Source: an uncultured Actinomycetes bacterium
GTDB taxonomy: Bacteria; Actinomycetota; UBA4738; JBBDTT01
Direction: 5' to 3'
Assembly (NCBI GenBank): GCA_963742735.1
Contig: CAVUMN010000004.1
Coordinates: 1,472,001 to 1,536,000, forward strand
Length of the DNA stretch: 64,000 nucleotides
Made by a program: the position numbers and the translations under genes. Under the pieces are notes generated by a model. It saw only the letters and a list, made by a program, of their open reading frames with translations, was not told where the DNA came from and searched no databases. This document shows positions 39,303-49,612 of this stretch, piece by piece; the stretch's first letter is position 1; each line of letters opens with the position of its first letter.

Positions 39303-40210
39303 GTGAGATCGAGATCACCCGCCATGCCCGAGGGTTCGTCCCGGGCGCCGGCATCCGCATGGCCTACGGCTACTGGCCGGGACGGGGCGCGCCGGTCGTG
39401 GCCATCCACGGCCAGACCGCCTCGCACATGAACTTCGGCGGGATCGCCGATCGCCTGGCGGGCCGCCGCCCCGTGTTCGCGATGGACCTGCGGGGCCGGG
39501 GCGACTCCGACACCACCGAGGACGGCTACGACTTCGAGCAGTACGCGGCCGACATCGCCTCGGCCATGCGCGCGTTCGGCCTCGGGCCCTCGATCGTGGC
39601 CGGCCACTCCATGGGGGCGTGGATCGGGGCGGCCCTCGCCGCCCAGGAACCCGATCTGGTCTCGGGCCTGGTGTTGATCGACGGCGGCTACCCGCTCCCG
39701 GCGCCTCCGGGCACGACGTACGAGGAGCTGTTCGAGATCATCCTCGCGCCGTCGCTGGCCCGGCTGGAGCGGACGTGGGAGTCGGCCGACGAGTACCTGG
39801 AGTACTGGCGCAGCCAGCCCACGTTCCGGCCCGAGGACTGGAGCGAGCACTGGGAGGCGTTCCTGCGCTACGACCTGGGCGGCGAGGCACCCCACATGCA
39901 GTGCAAGCCCTACTTCCCGGCCGTGAAGGCCGACTGGTTCAACATGGCCGATCGCGACGCGGCGGGGGCTCGGATCCAGAAGACGTCGGCACCCATCCGG
40001 ATCATCACCGCCGAGTACGGGGTGATGTGGGGTGCCCCGCCGGTGCAGATCGACGAGAACGTCGAGGCCGTGAAGGAGCTCGGCAACGTGGAGTCCGCGC
40101 GCCGGATCGCCGGTACGACCCACTACACCATCGGGTTCTCCGAGCCGGGCATCTCCGCGTGCGCGGACCTCATCGCCGAGTTCGCCGATCAGGTCGAGGG
40201 ATCCGGATGA
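39299..40210 (+). CDS. Alpha/beta fold hydrolase
   Basis: Motifs IHG, DLRGRGDS, GHSMG and GTTHY. Confidence 0.88.
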   Translation: MSEIEITRHARGFVPGAGIRMAYGYWPGRGAPVVAIHGQTASHMNFGGIADRLAGRRPVFAMDLRGRGDSDTTEDGYDFEQYAADIASAMRAFGLGPSIVAGHSMGAWIGAALAAQEPDLVSGLVLIDGGYPLPAPPGTTYEELFEIILAPSLARLERTWESADEYLEYWRSQPTFRPEDWSEHWEAFLRYDLGGEAPHMQCKPYFPAVKADWFNMADRDAAGARIQKTSAPIRIITAEYGVMWGAPPVQIDENVEAVKELGNVESARRIAGTTHYTIGFSEPGISACADLIAEFADQVEGSG

Positions 40211-41088
40211 CGCAGGCCATCGTCGGCGGGATCGCGAACGGGGCGATCTTCGGGCTGGTGGCGCTGGGGATCGTGCTGGTCTACAAGGGCACCAAGGTCC
40301 TGAACTTCGCTCAGGGCGAGCTCGGCACGGTCGCGCTGTTCGTCGCGTGGTGGTTCGTCGAGGAGCAGGGCCTGCCGTACTGGATGGGCGCGGCGGCGGG
40401 GATCGCGATGTCGGTGATCATCGCGCTGACGTTCGAGCGGCTGGTGGTGCGGCGGATGGTGGAGGCCGAGCGACTGTCGATCGCGGTGGCGACCGTCGGG
40501 CTGTTCTTCTTCCTGTTCGCCGCCGAGATCCTGGTGTTCAGCGAGAGCATCCTGCTGCTGCCGCCACCCATCGAGGGCCTGGGGCCGCGGGTGCTCGGGT
40601 TCTACGTGAACCCGGGATTCCAGGTGGCGTTCGCGGCCATGGCCCTCATCGGCGGGGGACTGGCGCTGTTCCTGCGCCGAACCGACTTCGGGCTGGGCGT
40701 CCTGGCCGCGTCGCAGGACCCGGTCGCGGTGCGGCTGGTCGGCATCCGCTACGGCCGCGTCTCGATGTTCACGTGGGGGATGGCGGGGTTCCTGGGAGCG
40801 GTCGCGGCGCTGCTGATCCAGCCGCTGATCGGCGCCTTCGAGCCGGGGTTCATGACTGCGTTCTTCGTGCGCGGGCTGGCCGCGGCGTTGATCGGGGGGA
40901 TGACCAGCCTGCCCGGGGCGTTCGTCGGCGGGATCGCGGTCGGACTCATCGACGCGGTGGTCGGCCAGCTGTTCCTCGGCACCTCGTTCCCCGGCATCCA
41001 GTCGGTGGTCATCTTCCTGGTGATCATCGCCGTGCTGCTCGCCGCGCCGAACGGCGTGCTGGCCCGGGCGAGGGCGCGGTCGTCGTGA
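40207..41088 (+). CDS. Branched-chain amino acid-type ABC transporter permease (LivH-like)
   Basis: Motifs ALGIVLVYKGTKVLNFAQGE and GGMTSLPGAFVGG. Confidence 0.9.
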   Translation: MTQAIVGGIANGAIFGLVALGIVLVYKGTKVLNFAQGELGTVALFVAWWFVEEQGLPYWMGAAAGIAMSVIIALTFERLVVRRMVEAERLSIAVATVGLFFFLFAAEILVFSESILLLPPPIEGLGPRVLGFYVNPGFQVAFAAMALIGGGLALFLRRTDFGLGVLAASQDPVAVRLVGIRYGRVSMFTWGMAGFLGAVAALLIQPLIGAFEPGFMTAFFVRGLAAALIGGMTSLPGAFVGGIAVGLIDAVVGQLFLGTSFPGIQSVVIFLVIIAVLLAAPNGVLARARARSS

Positions 41089-42971
41089 GGACGGTCCTGA
41101 GCCGCCGCTGGTCCCGGTACCTGGTCTTGGCCGGCGTCCTCGCCGTCGCGCCGCCGCTGCTCTCCGCGGTCGCGCCGAACCTGTTCACCGAGCCCCGGGC
41201 GCTGACCCTGGGGATCGGGGTCTGCTACGCGGCGGGGGCCATTGCCCTGAACCTGCTGATGGGCTACGCCGGGCAGATCTCCCTGGGCCACGCGGCGCTG
41301 CTCGGCGTGGGGGCGTTCACGAGCGGCGCGTTGACCTACCGATTCGTGGAGGGGCCGATGCTGTTCGGCGTCCTCGGGGCGGCCCTCCTCGGCGGGCTGG
41401 TCGCGTTCCTGGTGGGGCTGCCGGCGCTGCGGCTGCGGGGCCTGTATCTGGCCGCGGTGACCATCGCGTTCGGGCTGATGATGACCGAGTCGGTGTTCCG
41501 GTGGAAGACGATCACCGGCGGCTCCGCGGGGATGCGAATCCCGCGCCCGTGGATCGGCGAGCACTACTTCCTGAAGAACGCGGAGTACCTGTCGATCGTC
41601 CTGGTGCTGTTCCTGGTGATCTGGGCGATCGACGCGAACGTGGTGCGCACCAAGTTCGGCCGGGCGTTCCGAGCGATCCGGGAGAGCGAGGAGGTCGCCC
41701 AGTCGTTCGGGGTGGGCGTCGCCCGGTACAAGCTGACCGCGTTCGTCATGTCGGGCGCGCTCGCCGGGGTGTCCGGCGCGATGTTCGGACACCTGGTCGG
41801 CTTCGTCGAGGCGCGCTCGTTCACGTACACGCTGTCGCTGACCCTGGTGGTGATGGTGGTGGTCGGCGGGCTCGGGAGCCGCGTCGGCGTGGTCGTCGCC
41901 GCGCTCGGGTTCACGATCCTGCCGCGCATCTTCTCGTTCCTGAACGGGTGGGATCAGCTGATCGGGGCCGCCCTGCTGATCGACGTGATGGCGCGGCACC
42001 CCGGCGGGTTCGCCGAGGTGTTCCGGGAGGCGAAGGAGCGGCGGCTGGCGAAGGCCGGCGAGGCCTCGCCCGAGGCCGAGCAGCCGGCCATCCCCCGGTT
42101 CGCCACGCTCGGGCCGCCCGAGGGGGCGGAGCCCAGCCCCGTCCTGCCCGGCGACCCGCTGCTGCAGGTCCAGGGGGTCAGCGTGCGGTTCGGCGGTCTG
42201 CAGGCCCTCGACGCCGCATCGATCGAGGTCCCGAAGCGGGCCATCGTGGGGCTGATCGGGCCGAACGGCGCCGGCAAGAGCACGCTGTTCAACGCGATCT
42301 CCGGGTTCGTCCGCCCCGAGTCCGGGACGATCCGGCTGCGCGGCCGGGAGATCCAGGACGCGGCCCCCGACGTGCGGGCCCGCATGGGGATCGGCCGGAC
42401 CTTCCAGCTGATCGGCCTGGCCAAGTCGCAGTCGGTCCGCGAGAACCTGCTCCTGGCGCAGCACCAGCTGGCCGTCTACGGGGTTCCCGGCGCGCTGGCC
42501 TACGCGCCCTGGACGGCGTACGACGAGCGCGTGCTCGCCGAGCGGGCGGACCGCAGCATCGAGGCTCTGGGGTTCGAGCGGTACGCGCACACGCCGGTCG
42601 GCAAGCTCTCCCACGGCCAGCAGCGCATCGTGGAGATGGCCTGCGCGCTGGTGACCGACCCGGAGATCCTGCTCCTGGACGAGCCGTCCGCGGGCATGGC
42701 GCCCGGGGCGGTCGAGAACCTGGCGGAGCGGCTGTCCGAGGTCCGCGCCGGCCTGGACAAGACGATCCTGCTCATCGAGCACAACATCCCGCTGGTCCTG
42801 GACGTGTGCGACTACATCTACGTTCTGAACTTCGGCGAGATCCTTGCCGAGGGGACCACCGAGGACATCGCGCGGCGTCCCGACGTCATCGCGGCGTACT
42901 TCGGCGAGGCCGGCTCGGCGCCGGAGGCTTCGCCGGTTCCCCGCCGCCGGGCGAAGGCGGGCGCGCGATGA
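41085..42971 (+). CDS. Fused LivM-like permease / LivG-like ATP-binding protein
   Basis: GYAGQISLGHA and LRLRGLYLA, followed by GPNGAGKST, LSHGQQR and LLLDEP. Confidence 0.9.
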   Translation: MRTVLSRRWSRYLVLAGVLAVAPPLLSAVAPNLFTEPRALTLGIGVCYAAGAIALNLLMGYAGQISLGHAALLGVGAFTSGALTYRFVEGPMLFGVLGAALLGGLVAFLVGLPALRLRGLYLAAVTIAFGLMMTESVFRWKTITGGSAGMRIPRPWIGEHYFLKNAEYLSIVLVLFLVIWAIDANVVRTKFGRAFRAIRESEEVAQSFGVGVARYKLTAFVMSGALAGVSGAMFGHLVGFVEARSFTYTLSLTLVVMVVVGGLGSRVGVVVAALGFTILPRIFSFLNGWDQLIGAALLIDVMARHPGGFAEVFREAKERRLAKAGEASPEAEQPAIPRFATLGPPEGAEPSPVLPGDPLLQVQGVSVRFGGLQALDAASIEVPKRAIVGLIGPNGAGKSTLFNAISGFVRPESGTIRLRGREIQDAAPDVRARMGIGRTFQLIGLAKSQSVRENLLLAQHQLAVYGVPGALAYAPWTAYDERVLAERADRSIEALGFERYAHTPVGKLSHGQQRIVEMACALVTDPEILLLDEPSAGMAPGAVENLAERLSEVRAGLDKTILLIEHNIPLVLDVCDYIYVLNFGEILAEGTTEDIARRPDVIAAYFGEAGSAPEASPVPRRRAKAGAR

Positions 42972-43813
42972 GCGGCGGAAACGGGAAGGAGCCCACCCTG
43001 CTCCTCGACGTCGATGGGATCGTGGCCGGGTTCGGCTCGAACACCGTCCTGCACGGCTGCTCGTACTCCGTCCGCGAGGGGGAGATCGCCGCGGTCCTCG
43101 GGCTGAACGGAGCCGGCAAGAGCGTCTCGGCGAAGGTCGTGGCCGGGATCGTTCCCGCCCGCGGCGGCGCGATCCGGTTCCGGGGCGCCGACGTGACCCG
43201 CATCCCGGCCGAGCTCCGCGTGGCCGCCGGGATGGGCCACGTGCCGCAGGGCCGCCAGGTGTTCCCCGGCATGACCGTCGAGCAGAACCTGCGCCTGGGC
43301 GCGTACGTGCAGCGCCGCCGGGACCGGGCCCGGTATCCGGCGGTCCTGGACTCGGTCCTCGAGCGGTTCCCGGTCCTGGCCTCGCGGCGCGCTCAGGCCG
43401 CGGGCACCATGTCCGGCGGCGAGCAGGCGATGCTCGCGGTGGCCCGCGCCCTGATGTCCGAGCCGGTGCTGCTGATCGTGGACGAGGCGTCGGCGGGGCT
43501 CGCGCCGAAGGCCGTCGAGTCGCTGTTCGAGACGCTGGTCGAGGTCCACCGATCCGGCGTGTCGATCCTGATGATCGAGCAGAACGTGACGTTCACCCTG
43601 CAGGTCGCGGACCGAGTCCACGTCATGCAGACGGGACGGGTGGTGTACGAGGGCGCGGTCGGCGACCTGGACCAGAACCGCGTAGCGGAGGAGCTGGGCG
43701 TCGGCCGGCTGCTGGGCGGCTCGATCGCCAGGGCCGCGGCCGGGCGGAAGACCTCGGCGAACGGGAAGGCCCGTTCGCGTCCGAAGGCCGCCGCGAAGCG
43801 AACGGGGAGCTGA
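42968..43813 (+). CDS. LivF-like ABC ATP-binding protein
   Basis: Motifs GLNGAGKS, HVPQGRQVF, MSGGEQAML and DEASAGLAP. Confidence 0.9.
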   Translation: MSGGNGKEPTLLLDVDGIVAGFGSNTVLHGCSYSVREGEIAAVLGLNGAGKSVSAKVVAGIVPARGGAIRFRGADVTRIPAELRVAAGMGHVPQGRQVFPGMTVEQNLRLGAYVQRRRDRARYPAVLDSVLERFPVLASRRAQAAGTMSGGEQAMLAVARALMSEPVLLIVDEASAGLAPKAVESLFETLVEVHRSGVSILMIEQNVTFTLQVADRVHVMQTGRVVYEGAVGDLDQNRVAEELGVGRLLGGSIARAAAGRKTSANGKARSRPKAAAKRTGS

Positions 43814-43818
43814 GCCGG

Positions 43819-44631
43819 ATGCCCTTCGCGGAGAACGACGGTGTGAAGATCTGGTGGGACGCTCTCGGCGAGGGCGAGCCGGTCTTGCTGATCCAGGGCC
43901 TGGGCTACACGAGCGAGATGTGGCACCGCGTCGCGCCCGCACTCGCCCGCGAGTTTCGCGTGATCGTGTTCGACAACCGTGGCGTGGGCCGGAGCGATGT
44001 CCCACACGGGCCGTACTCCGTGCCGATGATGGCCGGCGACGCCGCCGCGGTGCTCGATGCTGCAGGGGTGGAGCACGCGCACGTCTACGGCACCTCGATG
44101 GGCGGGTCGATCGCCCAGCAGCTCGCGATCCAGTCGCCCGAGCGGGTCCGTTCGCTGGTCCTGGCCGGGACCTACTGCGGCGGGCCGAGCTTCGTCCCGG
44201 TCGACCTGGAGACCTACGAGATGCTGGCGAAGCGCGCGGGGATGGCGCCCGAGGAGGGGATCCGCCTGATGATCCCGTTCATCTACGACCCCGGCACGCC
44301 GGCCGAGCGGATCGAGGAGGACCTGGCGATCCGGCTCCGCACCTACCCGGCGCCCGAGGGCTATCTGGCCCAGCTGGGAGCGAGCCTCTCCGACTGGGAC
44401 GGCTCGGAGGCCATCCGCGAGCTCCGGATCCCGGTCCTGGTGATGCACGGGGAGTCCGACCGGCTGGTCAACCCCGCGAACTCCCCGGTGATCGCGTCGC
44501 GGATCCCCGGCGCGCGGCTGGTGATGCTTCCCAACGCGAGCCACATCTACGCCACCGACCAGCCCGAGGCGGCGAACGACGCGGCCCTGTCCTTCCTGCG
44601 CGAGGTCTCACGCCGGGAGGTGGGCGTGTGA
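43819..44631 (+). CDS. Alpha/beta fold hydrolase (enol-lactonase-like)
   Basis: Motifs DNRGVGRS, GTSMGG, HGESD and NASH. Confidence 0.88.
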   Translation: MPFAENDGVKIWWDALGEGEPVLLIQGLGYTSEMWHRVAPALAREFRVIVFDNRGVGRSDVPHGPYSVPMMAGDAAAVLDAAGVEHAHVYGTSMGGSIAQQLAIQSPERVRSLVLAGTYCGGPSFVPVDLETYEMLAKRAGMAPEEGIRLMIPFIYDPGTPAERIEEDLAIRLRTYPAPEGYLAQLGASLSDWDGSEAIRELRIPVLVMHGESDRLVNPANSPVIASRIPGARLVMLPNASHIYATDQPEAANDAALSFLREVSRREVGV

Positions 44632-45230
44632 GCGATCCGCAAGCGGTGGCCCAGAACCACACGTCGCGGCGGCTGGAGGAGGCGGCCCTCGAGCTGTTCT
44701 TCGAGCGCGGCTACCGGAGCACCACGGTCCGCGAGCTCGCGCTGGCCTGCGGCCTGACCCCGGGCGCCCTGTACAACCACTTCCCCTCGAAGGACCTGTT
44801 GCTGCTCTCGATCCTGCGCGACGTCCACGAGCAGCTCGAGTCGATGATGACCGAAGCCCTCGGCGCGGCGGGCGACGATCCGGCCGAGCGGCTGCGGGCC
44901 CTGGTCCGTGCCCACGCGATCTTCCACACCCGGTTCCGCAAGGAGGCCCGGGTGGCGAACGACGAGGTCCTGGCGCTCGAGGAACCCGGCCGCACCGAGA
45001 TCGTCGAGGTCCGCCGCCGCGGCCGGGGCCGGTTCGAGGACGCGATCACCGACGGGATCCGGGCGGGCGCGTTCGAGGTCTCCGACGTCAAGGTGGCGTC
45101 GATGGCCATCCTGAACATGGGCATCCGGATCGCGGCGTGGTTCCGCCCCGACGGCCCGCTGTCGTCCGAGCAGGTGGCCGATCTGCACGCCGACATGGCG
45201 CTGCGGATGGTCGGCGCACCCCGGGCATGA
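44628..45230 (+). CDS. TetR/AcrR family transcriptional regulator
   Basis: HTH LFFERGYRSTTVRELA...GALYNHFPSK. C-terminal WFRPDGPLS. Confidence 0.92.
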   Translation: MSDPQAVAQNHTSRRLEEAALELFFERGYRSTTVRELALACGLTPGALYNHFPSKDLLLLSILRDVHEQLESMMTEALGAAGDDPAERLRALVRAHAIFHTRFRKEARVANDEVLALEEPGRTEIVEVRRRGRGRFEDAITDGIRAGAFEVSDVKVASMAILNMGIRIAAWFRPDGPLSSEQVADLHADMALRMVGAPRA

Positions 45231-46747
45231 CCTTCGCGTTCGAGAGCCTCGGCCTGTGGCCGGCTCGCCGGGCCGAGCTCACCCCGGACCGCGTGGCCAT
45301 CGACCAGGGCGGCCACCTCCTGACGTACGCGGAGCTCGAGGACAGAGCGGCGCGGTGCGCGGACGCCCTCGGCGCCTCGGGCATCGGGACGGGGGATCGC
45401 GTCGCGGCGCTCCTCGACAACGGGCACGAGTACGCGGAGGTGCTGTTCGCGTGCGCTCGGCTGGGGGCGATCCTGGTGCCGCTCTCCACCCGGCTGGCCG
45501 CGCCGGAGCTGGAGTTCATGTCGAGCGACAGCGGCGCCACCGCGCTGGTCTACAGCGGGGCGTACGCGGACACCGTCGCCGCGTTCCGACCGACCACTGA
45601 CGTGAAGGCCTCGCTGGTGGTCGGGGACGGCGACGACCCGTCCTACGAGGAGGCCCTGGCCGCGGCGTCGCCGTCGCGCCCGCCGCACCCGTGCGGGTGG
45701 GACGACGTGCTGGCGATCTTCTACACGTCGGGGACGACCGGGCGGCCGAAGGGGGCGATGCTCACCCACGGCAACCACTTCTGGACGAACCTGAACATGG
45801 TCCTGGCCCTGGACCTGACCCAGGACGAACGGTCCCTGGTGGTCCTGCCCATGTTCCACGTCGGCGGCTGGAACGTGAACACCCTCGCGGTGTGGTGGAA
45901 GGGGGGCACCGTCGTCCTGGAGTCCGGGTTCGACGCCGGCCGGGCCCTGGAGCGGATCGCCGGCGGCGTGACGAGCGTCATGGGCGTCCCCACGATGTAC
46001 CAGCTGATGTCCGAGCACTCGGGGTTCGCCGACGCCGACCTGTCGTCGCTGCGGGTCGCGGTGTGCGGCGGCGCGCCCCTGCCCGTCCCGCTGATCCGGA
46101 CGTACCAGGACCGCGGGGTGCGCTTCGTCCAGGGCTACGGCCTGACCGAGGCCGCCCCGAACTGTCTGATCCTTCCTCCCGAGGACGCGGAGCGGAAGGC
46201 CGGGGCGGCCGGGCGTCCGTACTTCTTCGCCGACGTCCGGGTGCTCGACGCCGGGGACGCCCCTGTCGACCCCGGCGGGACCGGCGAGGTCGTGGTCCGC
46301 GGGCCCTCGGTGATGCAGGGGTACTGGGGTCGGCCGGACGAGACTGCCGAGGCGCTGCGCGGCGGCTGGCTGCGCACCGGCGACGCCGGGCGGCTGGACG
46401 AGGACGGCTACATCTGGATCGTCGACCGCCTGAAGGACATGTACATCTCGGGCGGCGAGAACGTCTACCCGGCGGAGGTCGAGCACGTCCTGGGGACCCA
46501 CCCCGCGGTGGCCGAGGCCGCGGTGCTCGGCGTCCCCGACGAGCGGTGGGGCGAGTCGGGCCTGGCCGTGATCGTCCTGCGGCCCGAGGCGTCGGCGACC
46601 GAGGACGAGCTCCGGGCGTTCTGTCGCGAGCGGCTGGCGAAGTTCAAGGTCCCGGCGCGGGTCGCGTTCGCCGAGGCCCTTCCCCGCAACCCGACCGGCA
46701 AGCTCCTGAAGCCGGAGATCCGCGAGCGGTGGGGAGGGGCGGCGTGA
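45227..46747 (+). CDS. Acyl-CoA synthetase (FadD/MenE-like AMP-binding enzyme)
   Basis: Motifs YTSGTTGRPKG, GYGLTE, DRLKDMYISGGENVYP and TGKLLK. Confidence 0.92.
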   Translation: MTFAFESLGLWPARRAELTPDRVAIDQGGHLLTYAELEDRAARCADALGASGIGTGDRVAALLDNGHEYAEVLFACARLGAILVPLSTRLAAPELEFMSSDSGATALVYSGAYADTVAAFRPTTDVKASLVVGDGDDPSYEEALAAASPSRPPHPCGWDDVLAIFYTSGTTGRPKGAMLTHGNHFWTNLNMVLALDLTQDERSLVVLPMFHVGGWNVNTLAVWWKGGTVVLESGFDAGRALERIAGGVTSVMGVPTMYQLMSEHSGFADADLSSLRVAVCGGAPLPVPLIRTYQDRGVRFVQGYGLTEAAPNCLILPPEDAERKAGAAGRPYFFADVRVLDAGDAPVDPGGTGEVVVRGPSVMQGYWGRPDETAEALRGGWLRTGDAGRLDEDGYIWIVDRLKDMYISGGENVYPAEVEHVLGTHPAVAEAAVLGVPDERWGESGLAVIVLRPEASATEDELRAFCRERLAKFKVPARVAFAEALPRNPTGKLLKPEIRERWGGAA

Positions 46748-47766
46748 ACCCGTCATACCTGAGCCCGCCGGTTGGACTGGTGGACGTGTCGATCCACGAG
46801 CCGGAGCGGTTCATGACCGCCGACGAGCTCGGGGAGCTCTCGGGCATCCCCGGCGGCGTGATCCGGGAGAAGTTCGGGCTGGAGGGCAAGCGGATCGCGG
46901 GACCCGGCGAGCACGTGAGCGACATGTGCGTCGCCGCCGCCCGTCCGCTGCTCGAGCGCCACGACCCGGAGGAGATCGACGCGGTCGTCTACTTCGGCTC
47001 GCACTGGAAGGACTACTCGGTGTGGCAGGCGGCCCCGAAGGTCCAGCACGCCCTGGGGATCGAGGGGTTCTCGCTCGAGGCGATCAACGTCTCCGCCGGA
47101 GCGCCGGTGGCGATGAAGATCGTCCGCGACCTGCTGTCCGCCGACGAGCACCTCCGCTCGGTGCTCCTGGTCGGCGCGTCGAAGGAGTCCTCGCTCATCG
47201 ACTACACGAACCCGCGGGCCCGGTTCATGTACACGTTCGGCGACGGAGCGGTCGCGGCCCTCCTGCGCCGGGGCCACCCCAAGAACGTCCTGCTCGGCTC
47301 GAGCCTGTTCACCGACGGCGCGTTCTCCGACTTCGTCCGGGTCCCCGGCGGGGGGACCGTGCACCCCGCCAGCCACGCCACGGTCGACGCCGGGCTGCAC
47401 ACGCTCGACGTCTCGGACCCGCAGGCGATGAAGGAGGGGCTCGACCCGGTCACGATCAAGCACTTCCTGACGGTCGCGCGGGAGGCCATGGAGCGCAGCG
47501 GCTTCGGCCCGGACGACATCGACCTGCTCCTGCCGATCCACATGAAGCCCTCGATCCACCAGGCGATCCTGGACGAGCTCGGCGTGGCACCCGAGCGCAG
47601 CGTCTATCTGGACCGCAACGGCCACATGAGCGCGGTGGACCCCCTCTTCTCGCTGGCTCTGGCCCGCGACGCGGGCATGCTCTCCGACGGGGACCGGGTC
47701 ATGCTCCTGGCCGCCGGCACCGGCTACACGTGGGCCGCCTCGGTCCTTCGATGGGGCCCAGCCTGA
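46744..47766 (+). CDS. FabH/KAS III-fold enzyme with Ser at the catalytic Cys position
   Basis: Fold motifs FGDGAVA, IHMKPS, GHMSAVD and AAGTGYTWAA. The active-site loop reads EAINVSAG instead of DxxxxCxG. Confidence 0.8.
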   Translation: MNPSYLSPPVGLVDVSIHEPERFMTADELGELSGIPGGVIREKFGLEGKRIAGPGEHVSDMCVAAARPLLERHDPEEIDAVVYFGSHWKDYSVWQAAPKVQHALGIEGFSLEAINVSAGAPVAMKIVRDLLSADEHLRSVLLVGASKESSLIDYTNPRARFMYTFGDGAVAALLRRGHPKNVLLGSSLFTDGAFSDFVRVPGGGTVHPASHATVDAGLHTLDVSDPQAMKEGLDPVTIKHFLTVAREAMERSGFGPDDIDLLLPIHMKPSIHQAILDELGVAPERSVYLDRNGHMSAVDPLFSLALARDAGMLSDGDRVMLLAAGTGYTWAASVLRWGPA

Positions 47767-47785
47767 GCTTCTAGACTCACGTCCG

Positions 47786-48190
47786 ATGGGCGGCGTCGTG
47801 GGGCTGCAGGAAGTCGTGCTGTGGACTCGTGACCCCTCGGCCAGCATCGCCTTCTACCGCGACACGTTCGGCCTGGAGCCCATCACCCCTCCCGAGGCGC
47901 CGCGGACGTTCCTCCGCGCCGGCGAGGATATCGCCGGAGTTCCCCAGGTCATCGTCCTGATCCCGCACCCGGACCCCGACGGCGCGTTCCCGGCTGGGAA
48001 GGCCGAGCGCCCGCTGCATCACTTCGCGCTGGTCGTCGACCCGGCGAAGTTCGACGAGCTCCGCGCCGAGCTCGAGGCCGCCGGCCACGCCACCCGCGAC
48101 GGCGTCCATCCGGTCCTGAAGGACGTGCGCACCTTCTACCTGGACGACCCCGACGGGAACGAGGTCGAGGTCATCGCCGCGAATGGCTGA
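47786..48190 (+). CDS. VOC family protein
   Basis: Motifs FYRDTFGL, LHHFAL and YLDDPDGNEVE. Confidence 0.85.
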   Translation: MGGVVGLQEVVLWTRDPSASIAFYRDTFGLEPITPPEAPRTFLRAGEDIAGVPQVIVLIPHPDPDGAFPAGKAERPLHHFALVVDPAKFDELRAELEAAGHATRDGVHPVLKDVRTFYLDDPDGNEVEVIAANG

Positions 48191-49588
48191 GGCCCGAGGG
48201 TCGGCGCCGGGACCCCGAGGCCCCGGAGGGGCCCGGGCTCGCCGCGCCGACGTGTGTGTGGTGGGGGCCGGCCTGGCCGGGCTCACCGCGGCCACCCGGC
48301 TGGCGAACGCCGGGATGAAGGCCGTGGTCCTCGAGGCCCGGGACCGAGTTGGCGGCCGGACCTACTCCACCGAGGTGGACGGCTTCCGTTTCGACCTCGG
48401 GGGGCAGTGGATCGGGCCGACCCAGGACCGCATGGCGAAGCTCGTGGCCGATCTCGGGATCGAGACGTTCCCGACCCATGCGCACGGACGCAAGGTCCTG
48501 TTCGTCGGGGACAGGCGTTCCACCTACAAGGGCGAGATCCCGACGATGGCGCCGCACCGCTTGGTCCTGTTGCAGACCGCGATCTCTCGGATCGAGCGCC
48601 TGTGCCGCAAGGTCGGCGCAAACCCCGAGCCGTGGACGCTCCCCGACGCCGCCGAGTGGGACGGCCAGACGCTGGAGTCGTGGGCGCGGCGAAACATCCC
48701 CTCGGCGCCGGTGCGCGGGGTGATGGACGCCGCCGTCCGGACGGTGTTCGGGGCCGAGGCCGGTGAGCTGTCGATGCTGTTCGCGCTCCGGTACCTGGCC
48801 GCGGGCGGAGGGCTCATGCGCGTGGTGGACATCGTGGACGGCGCGCAGGAGACGGCGGTTCGTGAACGGCGCGCAGTCGGTGGCCCTCGGGCTCGCGGCC
48901 GGGCTGGGTAGCCGCGTGGTCCTGGCCGCGCCGGTCCGGACGATCGAGCACGGCGACGGGAAGGTACGGGTACGTACCGACGCCGGCGAGTGGACCGCGT
49001 CGAGGGCGATCGTCGCGGTGCCCCCGGCCCTGGCCGGGCGCATCGCCTACGACCCGCCGCTGCCGGCCATGCGCGACGAGCTCACCCAGCGGTATCCGAT
49101 GGGGGCGACGATCAAGCTGCACGCGCTGTACGACCGCGCGTTCTGGCGGGACGAGGGCTACTCGGGCGAGGCCGTCTACGGCGACGGGCCCATCGCCTTC
49201 GCCGTTCGACAACACGTCGGCCGACGGCGAGCACCCCGCGCTCCTCGCGTTCTCGGTCGGGGCCGCGGCGCGCCGGCTCGGGGCGCATGACGCCGGAGGA
49301 CAGGCGGCGGACGGTGCTCGACCGCCTGGTCCGGGCGTTCGGGCCCCAGGCCGCGGAGCCGGTGGCGTTCGTGGAGAAGGACTGGTCCGCAGACCAGTGG
49401 ACCCGCGGGCTGCCCCACGGGGATCCTGCCGCCGGGAGTCCTGTCGGTGTTCGGCCCCGCCCTGCGCACGCCGGTGGGGCCGATCCACTGGGCGGGCACG
49501 GAGACCGCCGACTGAGTGGACCGGCTACATGGACGGGGCCGTCCAGTCCGGCGAGCGAGCCGCGGCCGAGGTGCTCGCCGAGCGGTAG
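48183..49588 (+). CDS. Flavin monoamine oxidase family protein, interrupted by about 4 single-base insertions (probable sequencing errors)
   Basis: VVGAGLAGL, EARDRVGGR and DLGGQWIG at the start. IHWAGTETA.EWTGYMDGAVQSGERAA is recoverable across frames, with shifts near 48855, 49204, 49408 and 49510. Confidence 0.8.
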
Positions 49589-49612
49589 TAGAGGGGGTAG
49601 CCTTTCCACCCC

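Noticed and set aside
49513-49515. TGA in the flavin oxidase as a second selenocysteine codon
   Set aside because: Removing one extra G restores ETATEWTGYMDGA. The position is not a Cys site and there is no SECIS-like context.
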